32,000 bases of DNA from positions 2,310,001 through 2,342,000 of the forward strand of contig NC_007484.1 in the NCBI RefSeq assembly GCF_000012805.1, written 5' to 3'. Position 1 is the stretch's first letter. Each line of letters starts with the position of its first letter. Source of the stretch: Nitrosococcus oceani ATCC 19707 (GTDB lineage: Bacteria > Pseudomonadota > Gammaproteobacteria > Nitrosococcales > Nitrosococcaceae). The translations under genes were made by a program, and so were the position numbers. This document shows, piece after piece, positions 1-8,869 of the stretch. Under the pieces are notes generated by a model, which saw only the letters and a program-made list of their open reading frames with translations, was not told the DNA's origin and searched no databases.

Positions 1-238
1 ATCCCCGGCTTTCTCCCTTAGTTAGTAATTGTCCTATCCGAGACTTCATTTCCCGGGCGGCTTTATTGGTGAACGTCACCGCCACAATGGATCGCGCCGA
101 CAAATGACATTGCTCAATGAGATAGACAATTTTGTGGGTAATCACTCGGGTTTTACCGCTGCCAGCTCCCGCCAACACCAACAGGGGGCCATCGATGTGG
201 CGGACTGCCAAACGCTGTTGGGGGTTAAGATTTGGCAA
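1..238 (-). CDS. rep: UvrD/Rep-family SF1 DNA helicase, N-terminal 79 codons only (gene runs off the left edge)
   Basis: Reverse-strand translation from TTG at 238 reads [69 protein letters not shown]. This contains Walker A (AGAGSGKT) and motif Ia (TFTNKAA). An in-frame TAG at 248-250 excludes a longer N-terminus. The 29..295 + ORF is its antisense shadow. Confidence 0.8.
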   Translation of the reverse strand, partial: MPNLNPQQRLAVRHIDGPLLVLAGAGSGKTRVITHKIVYLIEQCHLSARSIVAVTFTNKAAREMKSRIGQLLTKGESRG

Positions 239-1742
239 GGGAACGGTCTAATCGCCGGTAACCAATCGCTTCGGAAAGATGGGGCGTGCGAATAGTTTCA
301 CTTCCCTCCAAATCGGCAATCGTCCGGGCAACTTTCAATATACGGTGGTAGGCGCGCGCCGAAAGCCCTAATTGCTCCAAGGCCCGCTCCAGTAACTGAT
401 AATTCTTCTCTCCAAGGCGGCAAATCTGTTCCACTTCCCGATTGCCTAACCTGCTGTTAGGTTGCCCAAAACGGGCTAACTGACGCTCCCGCGCTGCTTC
501 CACCCGAGTTCGAACCTGGCAACTCGTTTCCATCCTGCTCTCACTTTCGGTTCGTAACTGATGCAAAGGTACGGGTGGCACCTCGATTTGTATATCGATG
601 CGATCTAATAAAGGCCCGGAAATCCGGGCCCGGTAACGTTGTACTTGCTCTATGGTGCATCGGCAACGGCCTTTGGAATCGCCTAAATAACCGCAGGGGC
701 AAGGATTCATGGCGGCCACCAGCTGTACACGAGCCGGAAACTCGGCCTGCTGAGCTGCCCGGGAAATAACAATGCGGCCCGATTCCAGGGGTTCCCTAAG
801 AACCTCCAGTACCCGACGCTCAAATTCTGGCAACTCATCGAGAAAGAGCACTCCATGGTGCGCCAAGGATACCTCCCCTGGCCGTGGCTGCCCGCCCCCG
901 CCTACCAAGGCTACTCCAGAAGCCGTATGATGGGGAGTTCGGAAAGGCCGTTGGCGCCAGCGGCTAGAATTAAAACCTTGGCTGCTGATTGACTGTACAG
1001 TGGCGCTTTCCAACGCTTCGGCTTCGGCCATCTCAGGCAAAATCCCCGGCAGGCGACTGGCCAGCATGGTTTTGCCAGTTCCTGGTGGTCCGATCATTAA
1101 CAAATTATGAGCCCCTGCGGCTGCCACTTCCAACGCTCGTTTGGCATGGTACTGGCCCCGGATATCTGCAATATCCCCTCTTTTATCGGCAACCACTTTA
1201 AGAGGGTTGGGAGTAAAGGGAGTTAGCCGTGACTCGCCCCGAAGATGTTGGCAAATTTCTAATAGATGGGAAACCGCTAATACTTCAACCGTGGACACGA
1301 GGGCCGCTTCGGGAGCATTTTCTTCAGCGACCACTAGACTACGGCCCGCTTTTGCCGTTTGCAATGCGGCAGGTAACACTCCACGGATACTTCGCACCTT
1401 CCCACTTAAGGCAAGCTCGCTGGCAAATTCATAAGCCCTTAACGCAGGTGAGGAAATCTGCCCCGAGGCAGCCAAAATACCTAAAGCAATCGCCAAGTCA
1501 AAGCGCCCCCCTTCCTTGGGCAGATCCGCAGGTGCCAGATTTACCGTAATACGGCGCGCCGGAAACTCAAAATGGCAGTTGAGCAGTGCGCCTCGCACCC
1601 GTTCTCTGCTCTCCTTAACTGCGGTTTCTGGCAGACCCACGATGGAGAAAGCGGGGAGACCATTTGAGAGGTGGGCTTCCACAGTCACCAAAGGGGCATC
1701 CAGGCCCGCCTGAGCCCGGCTGTAGGCAATCGCTAGCGACAT
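225..1742 (-). CDS. comM: YifB/ComM family Mg-chelatase-like AAA+ ATPase (competence protein ComM)
   Basis: 505-aa ORF. It has an N-terminal Lon-protease-like domain ([29 protein letters not shown]), Walker A ([13 protein letters not shown]), Walker B ([10 protein letters not shown]) and a C-terminal Mg-chelatase subunit ChlI-like tail. Confidence 0.9.
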   Translation of the reverse strand: MSLAIAYSRAQAGLDAPLVTVEAHLSNGLPAFSIVGLPETAVKESRERVRGALLNCHFEFPARRITVNLAPADLPKEGGRFDLAIALGILAASGQISSPALRAYEFASELALSGKVRSIRGVLPAALQTAKAGRSLVVAEENAPEAALVSTVEVLAVSHLLEICQHLRGESRLTPFTPNPLKVVADKRGDIADIRGQYHAKRALEVAAAGAHNLLMIGPPGTGKTMLASRLPGILPEMAEAEALESATVQSISSQGFNSSRWRQRPFRTPHHTASGVALVGGGGQPRPGEVSLAHHGVLFLDELPEFERRVLEVLREPLESGRIVISRAAQQAEFPARVQLVAAMNPCPCGYLGDSKGRCRCTIEQVQRYRARISGPLLDRIDIQIEVPPVPLHQLRTESESRMETSCQVRTRVEAARERQLARFGQPNSRLGNREVEQICRLGEKNYQLLERALEQLGLSARAYHRILKVARTIADLEGSETIRTPHLSEAIGYRRLDRSLAKS

Positions 1743-1970
1743 CTATGAATAAGGTATTTCTTATCTATCTTGCAATTGGATCTTGCAAAGACTCACATTT
1801 CCCAAGGATTTTTGAGCGGCAGTCATATCTCCTCTATCTTCCCCTGTATACCTCTCCGAGCGCATTGTTTACTCATCTTTTAGATGAGGATAAGGTAATA
1901 ATGCTCATAAACTCTCTAGGAGATAGTGTATTTTTAGCAGGAGCTGTTAAGTGCTAGTCTCAATCCGAAT

Positions 1971-2270
1971 CTATTCTATTAATTTCTCCTCTGGCGCTTT
2001 CTGGGATTCTTGTGGCGTCTTGGAAAGGCCGATTTGCTCCTCAAGGGAAGCAACCTGAGTAGCTAAATGCTCTAACTTCATGCGGGTGCGTGCTAGCACT
2101 GCTTGCTGAAGATCAAATTCTTCTCGGGTTACCAAGTCCAATTTAGCGAAAGTACTACTCAAAACGGCACGAAAATTTTTTTCTACATCCCTCTGAAAAT
2201 CCTGCAAGCCCGGCGGAACGGCCTCTGCCAGCTTGCGGGCGAGTTCATCTAAAAGCTTCGATTCAATCAT
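1971..2270 (-). CDS. ubiK: UbiK/YqiC (BMFP) family ubiquinone-biosynthesis accessory coiled-coil protein
   Basis: 99-aa ORF whose N-terminus and coiled-coil core (DLVTREEFDLQQAVLARTRMKLEHLATQVASLEEQ) are typical of YqiC/UbiK. Confidence 0.75.
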   Translation of the reverse strand: MIESKLLDELARKLAEAVPPGLQDFQRDVEKNFRAVLSSTFAKLDLVTREEFDLQQAVLARTRMKLEHLATQVASLEEQIGLSKTPQESQKAPEEKLIE

Positions 2271-2497
2271 CGGCTTATCCCTCTATAGCCTAGCGTAATC
2301 ACAACAATTAAGTATATCCTACATCTTGTCCTTTTTGGATCTAAAGCACTCAAAAGCGAAGCAATATAAGCTTAAATTAAGCTAAAACAGAGTGTACACT
2401 TCTTTGTGGGCACATGAGGATCTTTTTAAAACCATAAGCGGTAACCCCTCATCCCCACGATGATTCGATTTAAAGCGTCACATATCACAATAAATAG

Positions 2498-3757
2498 ATG
2501 GGAAATAATATGAATACTACTGCGATAAGCAAAAAAACCCGTCTCCATCCATGGCTGAGATGCCTGCTATTTCTGACCACCGCAGGCGGTGTACAAGCAG
2601 AAGATTTTAGAGAAACCACAGGACTTTTCGATGCCTTAACCGGCATCAATATCAATGAAACAAAATTCATGCAGTCACTAGGAGTAACGATTAATGGCTG
2701 GCTAGAAGGCGGCTATACTATCAATCCAGACGATCCCCGTGATAACTTCAATGGACCCGTTACCTTTAATGACCGTGCCAACGAATTCATGGGAAACGAA
2801 GCCTATTTGTTCTTTGAACGCGGCGTGAATGTCGAGGGCGATCGCTGGGACTTTGGCGGGCGGGTCGATTTTCTTTTTGGTACCGATGCCCGTTTCACCC
2901 AGGCAGCGGGCCTAGATGACAACATCATCGGTGATGATACTTTTCGCTTCTACAAATTTGCTATCCCGCAACTATACGTGGAAGCCTATGCTCCCTATGG
3001 CAACGGCATCACGGTAAAGCTTGGTCATTTTTATACTATCATCGGTAATGAAGTCGTGACGGCCCCCGGTAACTTCTTCTATTCCCATGCCTATACGATG
3101 CAGTATGGCGAACCCTTCACCCATACTGGTTTTCTAGCCAGTTACCCCTTGACCGATAATATTAGCATCAATGGTGGCGGCGTTCTCGGTTGGGACAATT
3201 TTTCCAAAGATGCTGAAAATCTTAATTTCTTAGGCGGGGTAAGCTGGAGCAGTGATGATGCGCGAACCTCCTTGGCTGTCGCCATCATCACGGGCGATGT
3301 CTCTGATGTGGGGGGAACCCCAGATGATCCTGATAACAATCGCACCCTCTATAGCGTGGTCTTCAACCACGACTTCACTGATCGGCTTCACTATACTTTT
3401 CAGCACGATCTAGGCATAGAACAGCGTGCCATTAATAACAACAAATCGGCGGAATGGTTTGGCATCAATCAATATTTATTTTATGATATCAATGAAACTG
3501 TAAGCACGGGTTTACGGTTCGAGTGGTTCCGCGATGACGACGGCACCCGTGTCTTTGTCAATGATAGCTCCGGTCTCCCGGTTTCCGCCGCCGCAAATTA
3601 TTTTGCCATCACCGGCGGCTTGAACTGGCGACCATTAAGATGGGTCACCGTTCGTCCAGAAGTACGTTATGACTGGGCCACCAATTTCGAGGCTTTTGAT
3701 AATAACAGCGATAAGAATCAATTTGTTGTCGCTGCGGACATTATCGTTCAATTCTAA
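2498..3757 (+). CDS. Outer-membrane beta-barrel porin, OmpL-like/BBP2 (DUF1597-like) family
   Basis: Signal peptide (LRCLLFLTTAGGVQAED), alternating beta-strand pattern, a GWLEGGYTINP...FNDRANEF...GGRVDFLFGTDA block typical of BBP2 porins, and a C-terminal aromatic residue (IIVQF). The start could be ATG 2498 or ATG 2510. Confidence 0.7.
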   Translation: MGNNMNTTAISKKTRLHPWLRCLLFLTTAGGVQAEDFRETTGLFDALTGININETKFMQSLGVTINGWLEGGYTINPDDPRDNFNGPVTFNDRANEFMGNEAYLFFERGVNVEGDRWDFGGRVDFLFGTDARFTQAAGLDDNIIGDDTFRFYKFAIPQLYVEAYAPYGNGITVKLGHFYTIIGNEVVTAPGNFFYSHAYTMQYGEPFTHTGFLASYPLTDNISINGGGVLGWDNFSKDAENLNFLGGVSWSSDDARTSLAVAIITGDVSDVGGTPDDPDNNRTLYSVVFNHDFTDRLHYTFQHDLGIEQRAINNNKSAEWFGINQYLFYDINETVSTGLRFEWFRDDDGTRVFVNDSSGLPVSAAANYFAITGGLNWRPLRWVTVRPEVRYDWATNFEAFDNNSDKNQFVVAADIIVQF

Positions 3758-3834
3758 CGCTGTAATTCAGCCATAGGACGATTCTTTAGAGAGCCTTTCC
3801 AGAAAAAACATGGACTTTGCCCTGCTTAAAACAA

Positions 3835-3873
3835 CTGGTCTGGCGAAAAATTCAATTAGCGTCAGACCAGTTT
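3835..3873 (+). terminator. Stem-loop followed by TTT, downstream of the porin gene in the convergent gap with sqr
   Basis: ctggtctg (3835-3842) pairs with cagaccag (3863-3870), an 8-bp stem with a 20-nt loop, followed by ttt (3871-3873). The loop is long for a canonical intrinsic terminator. Confidence 0.4.
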
Positions 3874-3876
3874 CCC

Positions 3877-5133
3877 TTATGCGGTTGCCGCAACCAGTTT
3901 CTCTGCATAAGATGCCTTGTGCGGAATATCCCAGTCATAGCCTTTCAGCATGTAGTCCCAGTACAGGGGCGGGAGGCCGTATTTTTTCAGCCACCACCAG
4001 ATTAGGCGGTTACTGCGTGGGTCAAGTATAGGAAACGATGGGGTTACCTTGCCGCCGTAGGAGAATTCGGCCAGCATCACACGGTGCAATGAAGTGGTCA
4101 GTGGGCACGAGCCATAGCCATCGTATTTTGGCTCGAGTGCTTTGTCGTTTATCAGCGCCAGGATATTCTGCACCACGACCGGAACCTGCTTGCGCACTGC
4201 TGCAGCGGTTTTGGCGTTACTCGTCGAGCCCGCATCGCCAAGACCAAAAATATTACTGAAGCGGGGGTGCTGCAAAGTATTTTCATCTAATTCCACCCAT
4301 CCTGCGGCATTAGCCAGAGGGCTGTTTTTAATAAAGTCAGGGGCACTTTGAGGCGGCGTTACATGGATAAAATCGAAGGATTTATTGATTCTTTCTTTGC
4401 TACCGTCGGCCCCGGTCGTCTCAAAAGTTGCGGTATGGCCGGGTCCGTCTATGGCAACTAAGTTACAACCGAAATTCGCTTTAATGCCGTAACCGGCTAC
4501 CACTTTATCTAGAGCTTCGGCGAAAAACGGAACACCGAACATCGTGGGACCGGCATTGCAGAATTCTAGGTTAGCTTTATCGAGTACCTTACGCTGGCGA
4601 AACCGCTCTGCGGCTAGATACATCACTTTTTGTGGCGCACCAGCGCACTTGATAGGCATCGGCGGCTGGGTAAACAAGGCTGTGCCTCCCTGGAAATCCC
4701 GGAGGCATTCCCAAGTATAGCTCGCCGTGTGCGGAGAATAATTGCTGCTGACGCCGTTTTTGCCAAGAGTCTCTTTAAGTCCCTCGATTTTCTGCCAATC
4801 AAGCTGAATACCAGGGCAAACGACCAAATAATCGTAACTCACCGAACTTCCCGAGCGCAATGTAACCGAATTACTCTCTGGCTGAAAGGATTCGGCATAG
4901 TCGCGAATCCATTCCACCTCCTTAGGAATCAGATCCTGTTCCTGGCGCTTGGTCTTGTCAAAATCATAGACGCCGCCCCCCACTAACGTAAATGCGGGTT
5001 GATAGTAATGAACCTCACTAGGTTCGATAATAGCAATGTCCATGGCTTTATCCTTACGGCGCATATTGGCCGCCACTGAAATACCAGCGGCGCCGCCACC
5101 CACAATGAGCAGCCTGTGATGAGTCTGGGCCAT
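3877..5133 (-). CDS. sqr: Sulfide:quinone oxidoreductase, type II (SQRDL/SQOR-like flavoprotein)
   Basis: FAD fold LLIVGGGAAGISVA. Long blocks shared with eukaryotic/type II SQR as I recall them: IEPSEVHYYQPAFTLVGGG, PIKCAGAPQKVMYLAAERFR, HVTPPQSAPDFIKNSPLANAAGWVELD, KYDGYGSCPLTT. A GAGGAGG SD lies 8 nt before the ATG. Confidence 0.88.
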   Translation of the reverse strand: MAQTHHRLLIVGGGAAGISVAANMRRKDKAMDIAIIEPSEVHYYQPAFTLVGGGVYDFDKTKRQEQDLIPKEVEWIRDYAESFQPESNSVTLRSGSSVSYDYLVVCPGIQLDWQKIEGLKETLGKNGVSSNYSPHTASYTWECLRDFQGGTALFTQPPMPIKCAGAPQKVMYLAAERFRQRKVLDKANLEFCNAGPTMFGVPFFAEALDKVVAGYGIKANFGCNLVAIDGPGHTATFETTGADGSKERINKSFDFIHVTPPQSAPDFIKNSPLANAAGWVELDENTLQHPRFSNIFGLGDAGSTSNAKTAAAVRKQVPVVVQNILALINDKALEPKYDGYGSCPLTTSLHRVMLAEFSYGGKVTPSFPILDPRSNRLIWWWLKKYGLPPLYWDYMLKGYDWDIPHKASYAEKLVAATA

Positions 5134-5205
5134 GATGAATTCCTCCTCAGATCATGATTCTGTATAGGATATATAGTATTATCCAGTAATGTGTTTTGAG
5201 TAAGA

Positions 5206-6291
5206 CTAATCAGCGTTCTGCTTGGCTGCTCGCCATGCGTCATAACCGCCCGCTATTAGCGTTGCATCAGTATAACCAAGGCATTTGAGCGACCAGGCAG
5301 CCAATGCTGCGCGCCCACCTGTTTGGCAGTACAGAATAATAGGGATATTAGGATCAGCCAGCTCCGCAGTATTACCTAAGCGAAACTCTAAAACACCACG
5401 TGGTACATTGATAGCGCCAGGCAGATGACCCGCCGCGAATTCTTCCGGCTCCCGCACATCAATGATGGCTGTTTTACCATCGCCCAACCTTTGCTTCACG
5501 GTGGCAACGTCAATTTCACGGACCTGCTTCCTGGCCTCCTGTACTAAATCCTGTGGCGTGCTGACGCGTTTCTCGCCCATCATAGTATCCTGGCGAATTT
5601 CTTCCTCGGTTAAGCCACAGCGCCTATTTGCTGGAACAGCTTCATCGATAAGCCGGGGCTTGGGCAAATTTAAATTATTCATAATTTCAATGAACTCAGC
5701 GCGGGTTTTGCCCGCAAGCCGTCCGTTCCCGGTACGCTCCTGTTCAACTGAACTGACCCAGCGACCATTATAATCGTGCCCCGGATAAACGATGGTTTCG
5801 CCAGGCAAGGTGAATAGTTTCTGAGTAACCGAATCGTATAATGTCCCCGGATCGCCACCTTGAAAATCGGTGCGCCCGCAACCGTTGATAAGCAGCGCAT
5901 CGCCGGTAAACACCCGATCACGCCACAGATAGGAGATACTCCCAGGCGTATGGCCAGGGGTGGCAAGCACCTTAATCTCCTCGCCCTGGCCAAAAGCTAA
6001 CACAACGCCATCTTTGAGCTGATAGTCAGCATATTGCGCGCCGCAAGCTTGCCCAATTCCTGTCTTGGCCCCGGTGTGCTGGCGCAGCAAACCACTAGCG
6101 GTGATATGATCAGCGTGGGCGTGGGTTTCCAAAGAATATTTCAGTTTAAGATTGTACTTATTAAGTAGATTTAGATACTCATCAACACGGGTATTCACTG
6201 GATCAATAAATACTGCTTCTTTAGTAGCCGGATCACCAATAAGATAAGTATAGGTCGAGGATTCAGGGTCAAATAGCTGCCGAAAGATCAT
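5206..6291 (-). CDS. pdo: Persulfide dioxygenase (ETHE1-like MBL fold) fused to a C-terminal rhodanese domain
   Basis: MIFRQLFDPESSTYTYLIGD start typical of ETHE1/PDO, metallo-beta-lactamase motif ETHAHADHITA, and a C-terminal rhodanese with active-site loop YCQTGGRA. I prefer ATG 6291 (GGAG 7 nt upstream) over the ORF-track ATG 6303. Confidence 0.85.
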   Translation of the reverse strand: MIFRQLFDPESSTYTYLIGDPATKEAVFIDPVNTRVDEYLNLLNKYNLKLKYSLETHAHADHITASGLLRQHTGAKTGIGQACGAQYADYQLKDGVVLAFGQGEEIKVLATPGHTPGSISYLWRDRVFTGDALLINGCGRTDFQGGDPGTLYDSVTQKLFTLPGETIVYPGHDYNGRWVSSVEQERTGNGRLAGKTRAEFIEIMNNLNLPKPRLIDEAVPANRRCGLTEEEIRQDTMMGEKRVSTPQDLVQEARKQVREIDVATVKQRLGDGKTAIIDVREPEEFAAGHLPGAINVPRGVLEFRLGNTAELADPNIPIILYCQTGGRAALAAWSLKCLGYTDATLIAGGYDAWRAAKQNAD

Positions 6292-6355
6292 AATGCACTC
6301 CATTAGGCTGAATTGGTAACCACGATTTCACGAGACTCTGTATTAACGAGAATAA

Positions 6356-6371
6356 TACAAATCTGGTGCCA
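6356..6371 (-). promoter_or_regulatory. Candidate sigma54 (-24/-12) promoter for pdo-sqr
   Basis: The minus strand reads TGGCAC-cagat-TTGTA with the correct 5-nt spacing. It deviates from the TGGCAC-N5-TTGCW consensus only by C to T in the -12 GC. It sits about 65 nt upstream of the pdo ATG and overlaps a 7-bp inverted repeat, tgtatta-N7-taataca (6339-6359). Confidence 0.4.
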
Positions 6372-6479
6372 ACGTCGTTGTCGTTATTCAATAAGTTGAA
6401 AAATGGAGAAAAAATGTATTTTACCTGTTGACTTAGGCCCTGTTTGCTTCAACATAGGCTTTAATTTGAAACGATAATT

Positions 6480-7480
6480 GATGCAGTGTTTGATAAATAA
6501 AACGCTCAAAGCAGTTACATTCCCCTGGGCTGCTAGCCTACTTCCTTTGATTCCGGACCTGCTTTGCTGGCATTGGGTGATCTCATCCCTGAAGATGAAA
6601 ATTGCAAAATTATTTTTGGAGTTAAGGCGCAGAATAAGTTCTCGGTCAGAAAAATGCCAAGCCGCATAGATACCCCCAACTGTGCCTCTATTTTATTTCC
6701 TGGATTTGCCAAAAAATTAGCATAAGGGCTACTGAAAATTGGCGAAACTACTAAGCTTCTACCCGCCAGAAAAATCAAAAGCGGAACCCGCTATATACAC
6801 TATATAACCGAACCCACAAAGACCGGCTATTAAAATTGGGATCCTAGCTGGTGCTTACCTTGTGTCAACGACCTCTCCCTGAAGGAAGAGGCTTGTAGCT
6901 GTACTCCCTCAATTCCTATGAGATCAAAGCACGCTATATTGGGTATCAGGAGCGGTTTTCCTAGCTTAACCGCATACCCGTTAGGCTGGCGCTTCCTCTC
7001 CGCCCTAAACGGCAGGGCTTCCGTGATGAAATTCAGGGAATCGAGATCGCGATTATCCATAAAGGAGAGCCGAAGAGTTTTGAGGAAGAGCTAGCCCAAG
7101 ATGCGCTTAAGACCATCACGGTATTTTCAGCACGGCTATAGGGGAGCCAAAGCACCAAGCGATAGCCCAAGCAACGGTCAGCCAAATTGCACGCCAGAAT
7201 AGCTAAGCAAAAGAATACCGTGCTTCATGTTGCGCCAACGTATCGAATACAAAGGCTATCTTCGTGGCTGTGCGGTTGAACTGGGGGATAGGTTTTCCCC
7301 CTCTAGTCTTGATGTGTCCAGGTTACAGCCAATTTCATGAAATAACGCTATCGGATAGAGAACTGGGGTATGATTGTGGATTGACCATAAGACTGGGACC
7401 TAAACGCCGCAATAAACTTAAACAAGTATCGTCGGGACACGCTCAAGCCAAACGTAAAATCCAGGCCAGAGACGAGTAAG
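6480..7480 (+). mobile_element. tnpB: Degenerate IS200/IS605-family tnpB (OrfB) pseudogene, 5'-truncated, with multiple stops and frameshifts
   Basis: TnpB hallmarks appear in three different frames, interrupted by stops:
- IGILAGAYLV (RuvC-I IGIDxG) from 6835.
- GSQSTKR*PKQRSAKLHARIAKQKNTVLH from 7141.
- FMLRQRIEYKGYLRGCAVELGDRFSPSS from 7224.
- Zinc-finger region CPGYSQFHEITLSDRELGYDCGLTI.
- DWDLNAAINLNKY (RuvC-III DRDxNAAxNL) from 7391.
No tnpA is present. Confidence 0.7.
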
Positions 7481-7595
7481 ACCGCGCTAGCGGCGTCGGT
7501 GTTGACGGTGTGAATAAGGCCATGTTTTCATAGATTATTTTAGATTTTTATGAGTGGCATTTTCTGCATTATTTAAAACACAAGGATAGTCTACA

Positions 7596-8786
7596 GTGAA
7601 ACACGACGGCACCATACGCACCAATGGGAAAGCGATCATTGAAACGGATAACTTGCCAATAAAACTGTGGTTGGAAGAGGATCAAATGGAAGAAGGGGCG
7701 CTGGAGCAGGCGCGAAATCTTGCGAATCTTCCATTTGCCTTCAAACACATTGCTATCATGCCTGATACCCATCAAGGCTACGGCATGCCTATCGGTGCTA
7801 TATTGGCCACCAAGGGGGCTATTATACCCAATGCTGTCGGTGTGGATATTGGGTGCGGCATGTGTTCCTTGCGGACCAATCTCGAGCATATCGAAACGCC
7901 AAAGCTGAAAGAGATCATGGGTATCATCCGCAAGACCGTTCCTGTGGGCTTTGAGCATCACAAAACGCGTCAAGACGAAGCCTGGATGCCTGAGAGAAAG
8001 GGGGAATTACCCATTGTTGAGCAAGAGTATGAAAGTGCCCTTTATCAGATCGGTACATTGGGCGGAGGCAATCATTTCATCGAAATACAAAAGGGATCGG
8101 ATGGCTATATCTGGATTATGATTCACTCCGGCTCCCGCAACATTGGTTTCACGGTGGCCAACCATTACGAGGGCGTAGCGAAAAAGATGAACCAGGACGC
8201 CGGCGAGGACGTGTCGCAGGAACTGGCATATATTCCCGAAACGTCTGAATATTTCAAACTGTATTGGAACGAAATGAACTATTGCCTCGAATTTGCACTG
8301 GCCAACAGAAAACTGATGATGGAACGGGCCAGGTCGGCGTTTACCGAGATTTTACCCGAGGTCGAATTCGCGGATTTTATCAATAAACCTCACAACTTCG
8401 CGGCCGAGGAAAAACATTTTGGAGAGTGGGTCATCGTCCATAGAAAAGGCGCGACGCGAGCCCGAAAAGGAGAATGGGGAATGATCCCCGGCTCCCAGGG
8501 CACACGGTCTTTTCTCGTGAAAGGGAAAGGAGAAGCCCAGTCTTTCGAATCGTGCGCGCACGGTGCCGGAAGAATCATGAGCCGAACAAAAGCGCGCAAA
8601 ACACTGGATCTGAAGGAAGAGGTAAAGGCCCTGAAAGACCGAGGAATACTACACGCTATCCGCCACCGCAAGGATCTGGATGAAGCGCCGGGATCTTACA
8701 AGGACATCGATGAGGTAATGGCAAACCAGGTCGATCTGGTCGACGTGCAAATCGAGCTGCAGCCACTGGCTGTCATCAAGGGTTAA
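7596..8786 (+). CDS. rtcB: RtcB family RNA 3'-phosphate/2',3'-cyclic phosphate ligase
   Basis: 396-aa ORF with GTG start and AAGGA 9 nt upstream. RtcB motifs present: FKHIAIMPDTHQGYGMPIG, AIIPNAVGVDIGCGM, GGGNHFIEIQ, IHSGSRNIG, and the guanylylation histidine context SCAHGAGRIMSR. Confidence 0.92.
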   Translation: MKHDGTIRTNGKAIIETDNLPIKLWLEEDQMEEGALEQARNLANLPFAFKHIAIMPDTHQGYGMPIGAILATKGAIIPNAVGVDIGCGMCSLRTNLEHIETPKLKEIMGIIRKTVPVGFEHHKTRQDEAWMPERKGELPIVEQEYESALYQIGTLGGGNHFIEIQKGSDGYIWIMIHSGSRNIGFTVANHYEGVAKKMNQDAGEDVSQELAYIPETSEYFKLYWNEMNYCLEFALANRKLMMERARSAFTEILPEVEFADFINKPHNFAAEEKHFGEWVIVHRKGATRARKGEWGMIPGSQGTRSFLVKGKGEAQSFESCAHGAGRIMSRTKARKTLDLKEEVKALKDRGILHAIRHRKDLDEAPGSYKDIDEVMANQVDLVDVQIELQPLAVIKG

Positions 8787-8869
8787 CACCCCCCTGTGCC
8801 AGATATCCGTTGCTTGTAATTTTCACTTATTAAAGCAAGAGGATGCGACAACAAGGCTGAAGTAGGTTT

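Noticed and set aside
29-295. An 88-aa + ORF at the left edge.
   Set aside because: It is exactly antisense to the Walker A and motif Ia region of the rep helicase and to the comM 3' end.
7555-7568. Sigma54-like TGGCAT...TGCA upstream of rtcB, which is attractive because rtcBA is sigma54/RtcR-dependent in E. coli.
   Set aside because: The GG-to-GC spacing is 2 nt shorter than the invariant -24/-12 spacing, and no RtcR-like activator is present.
7569-7973. A 134-aa minus-strand ORF across the rtcB 5' region.
   Set aside because: It is the antisense shadow of a strongly motif-supported rtcB frame, with no SD and no family resemblance.
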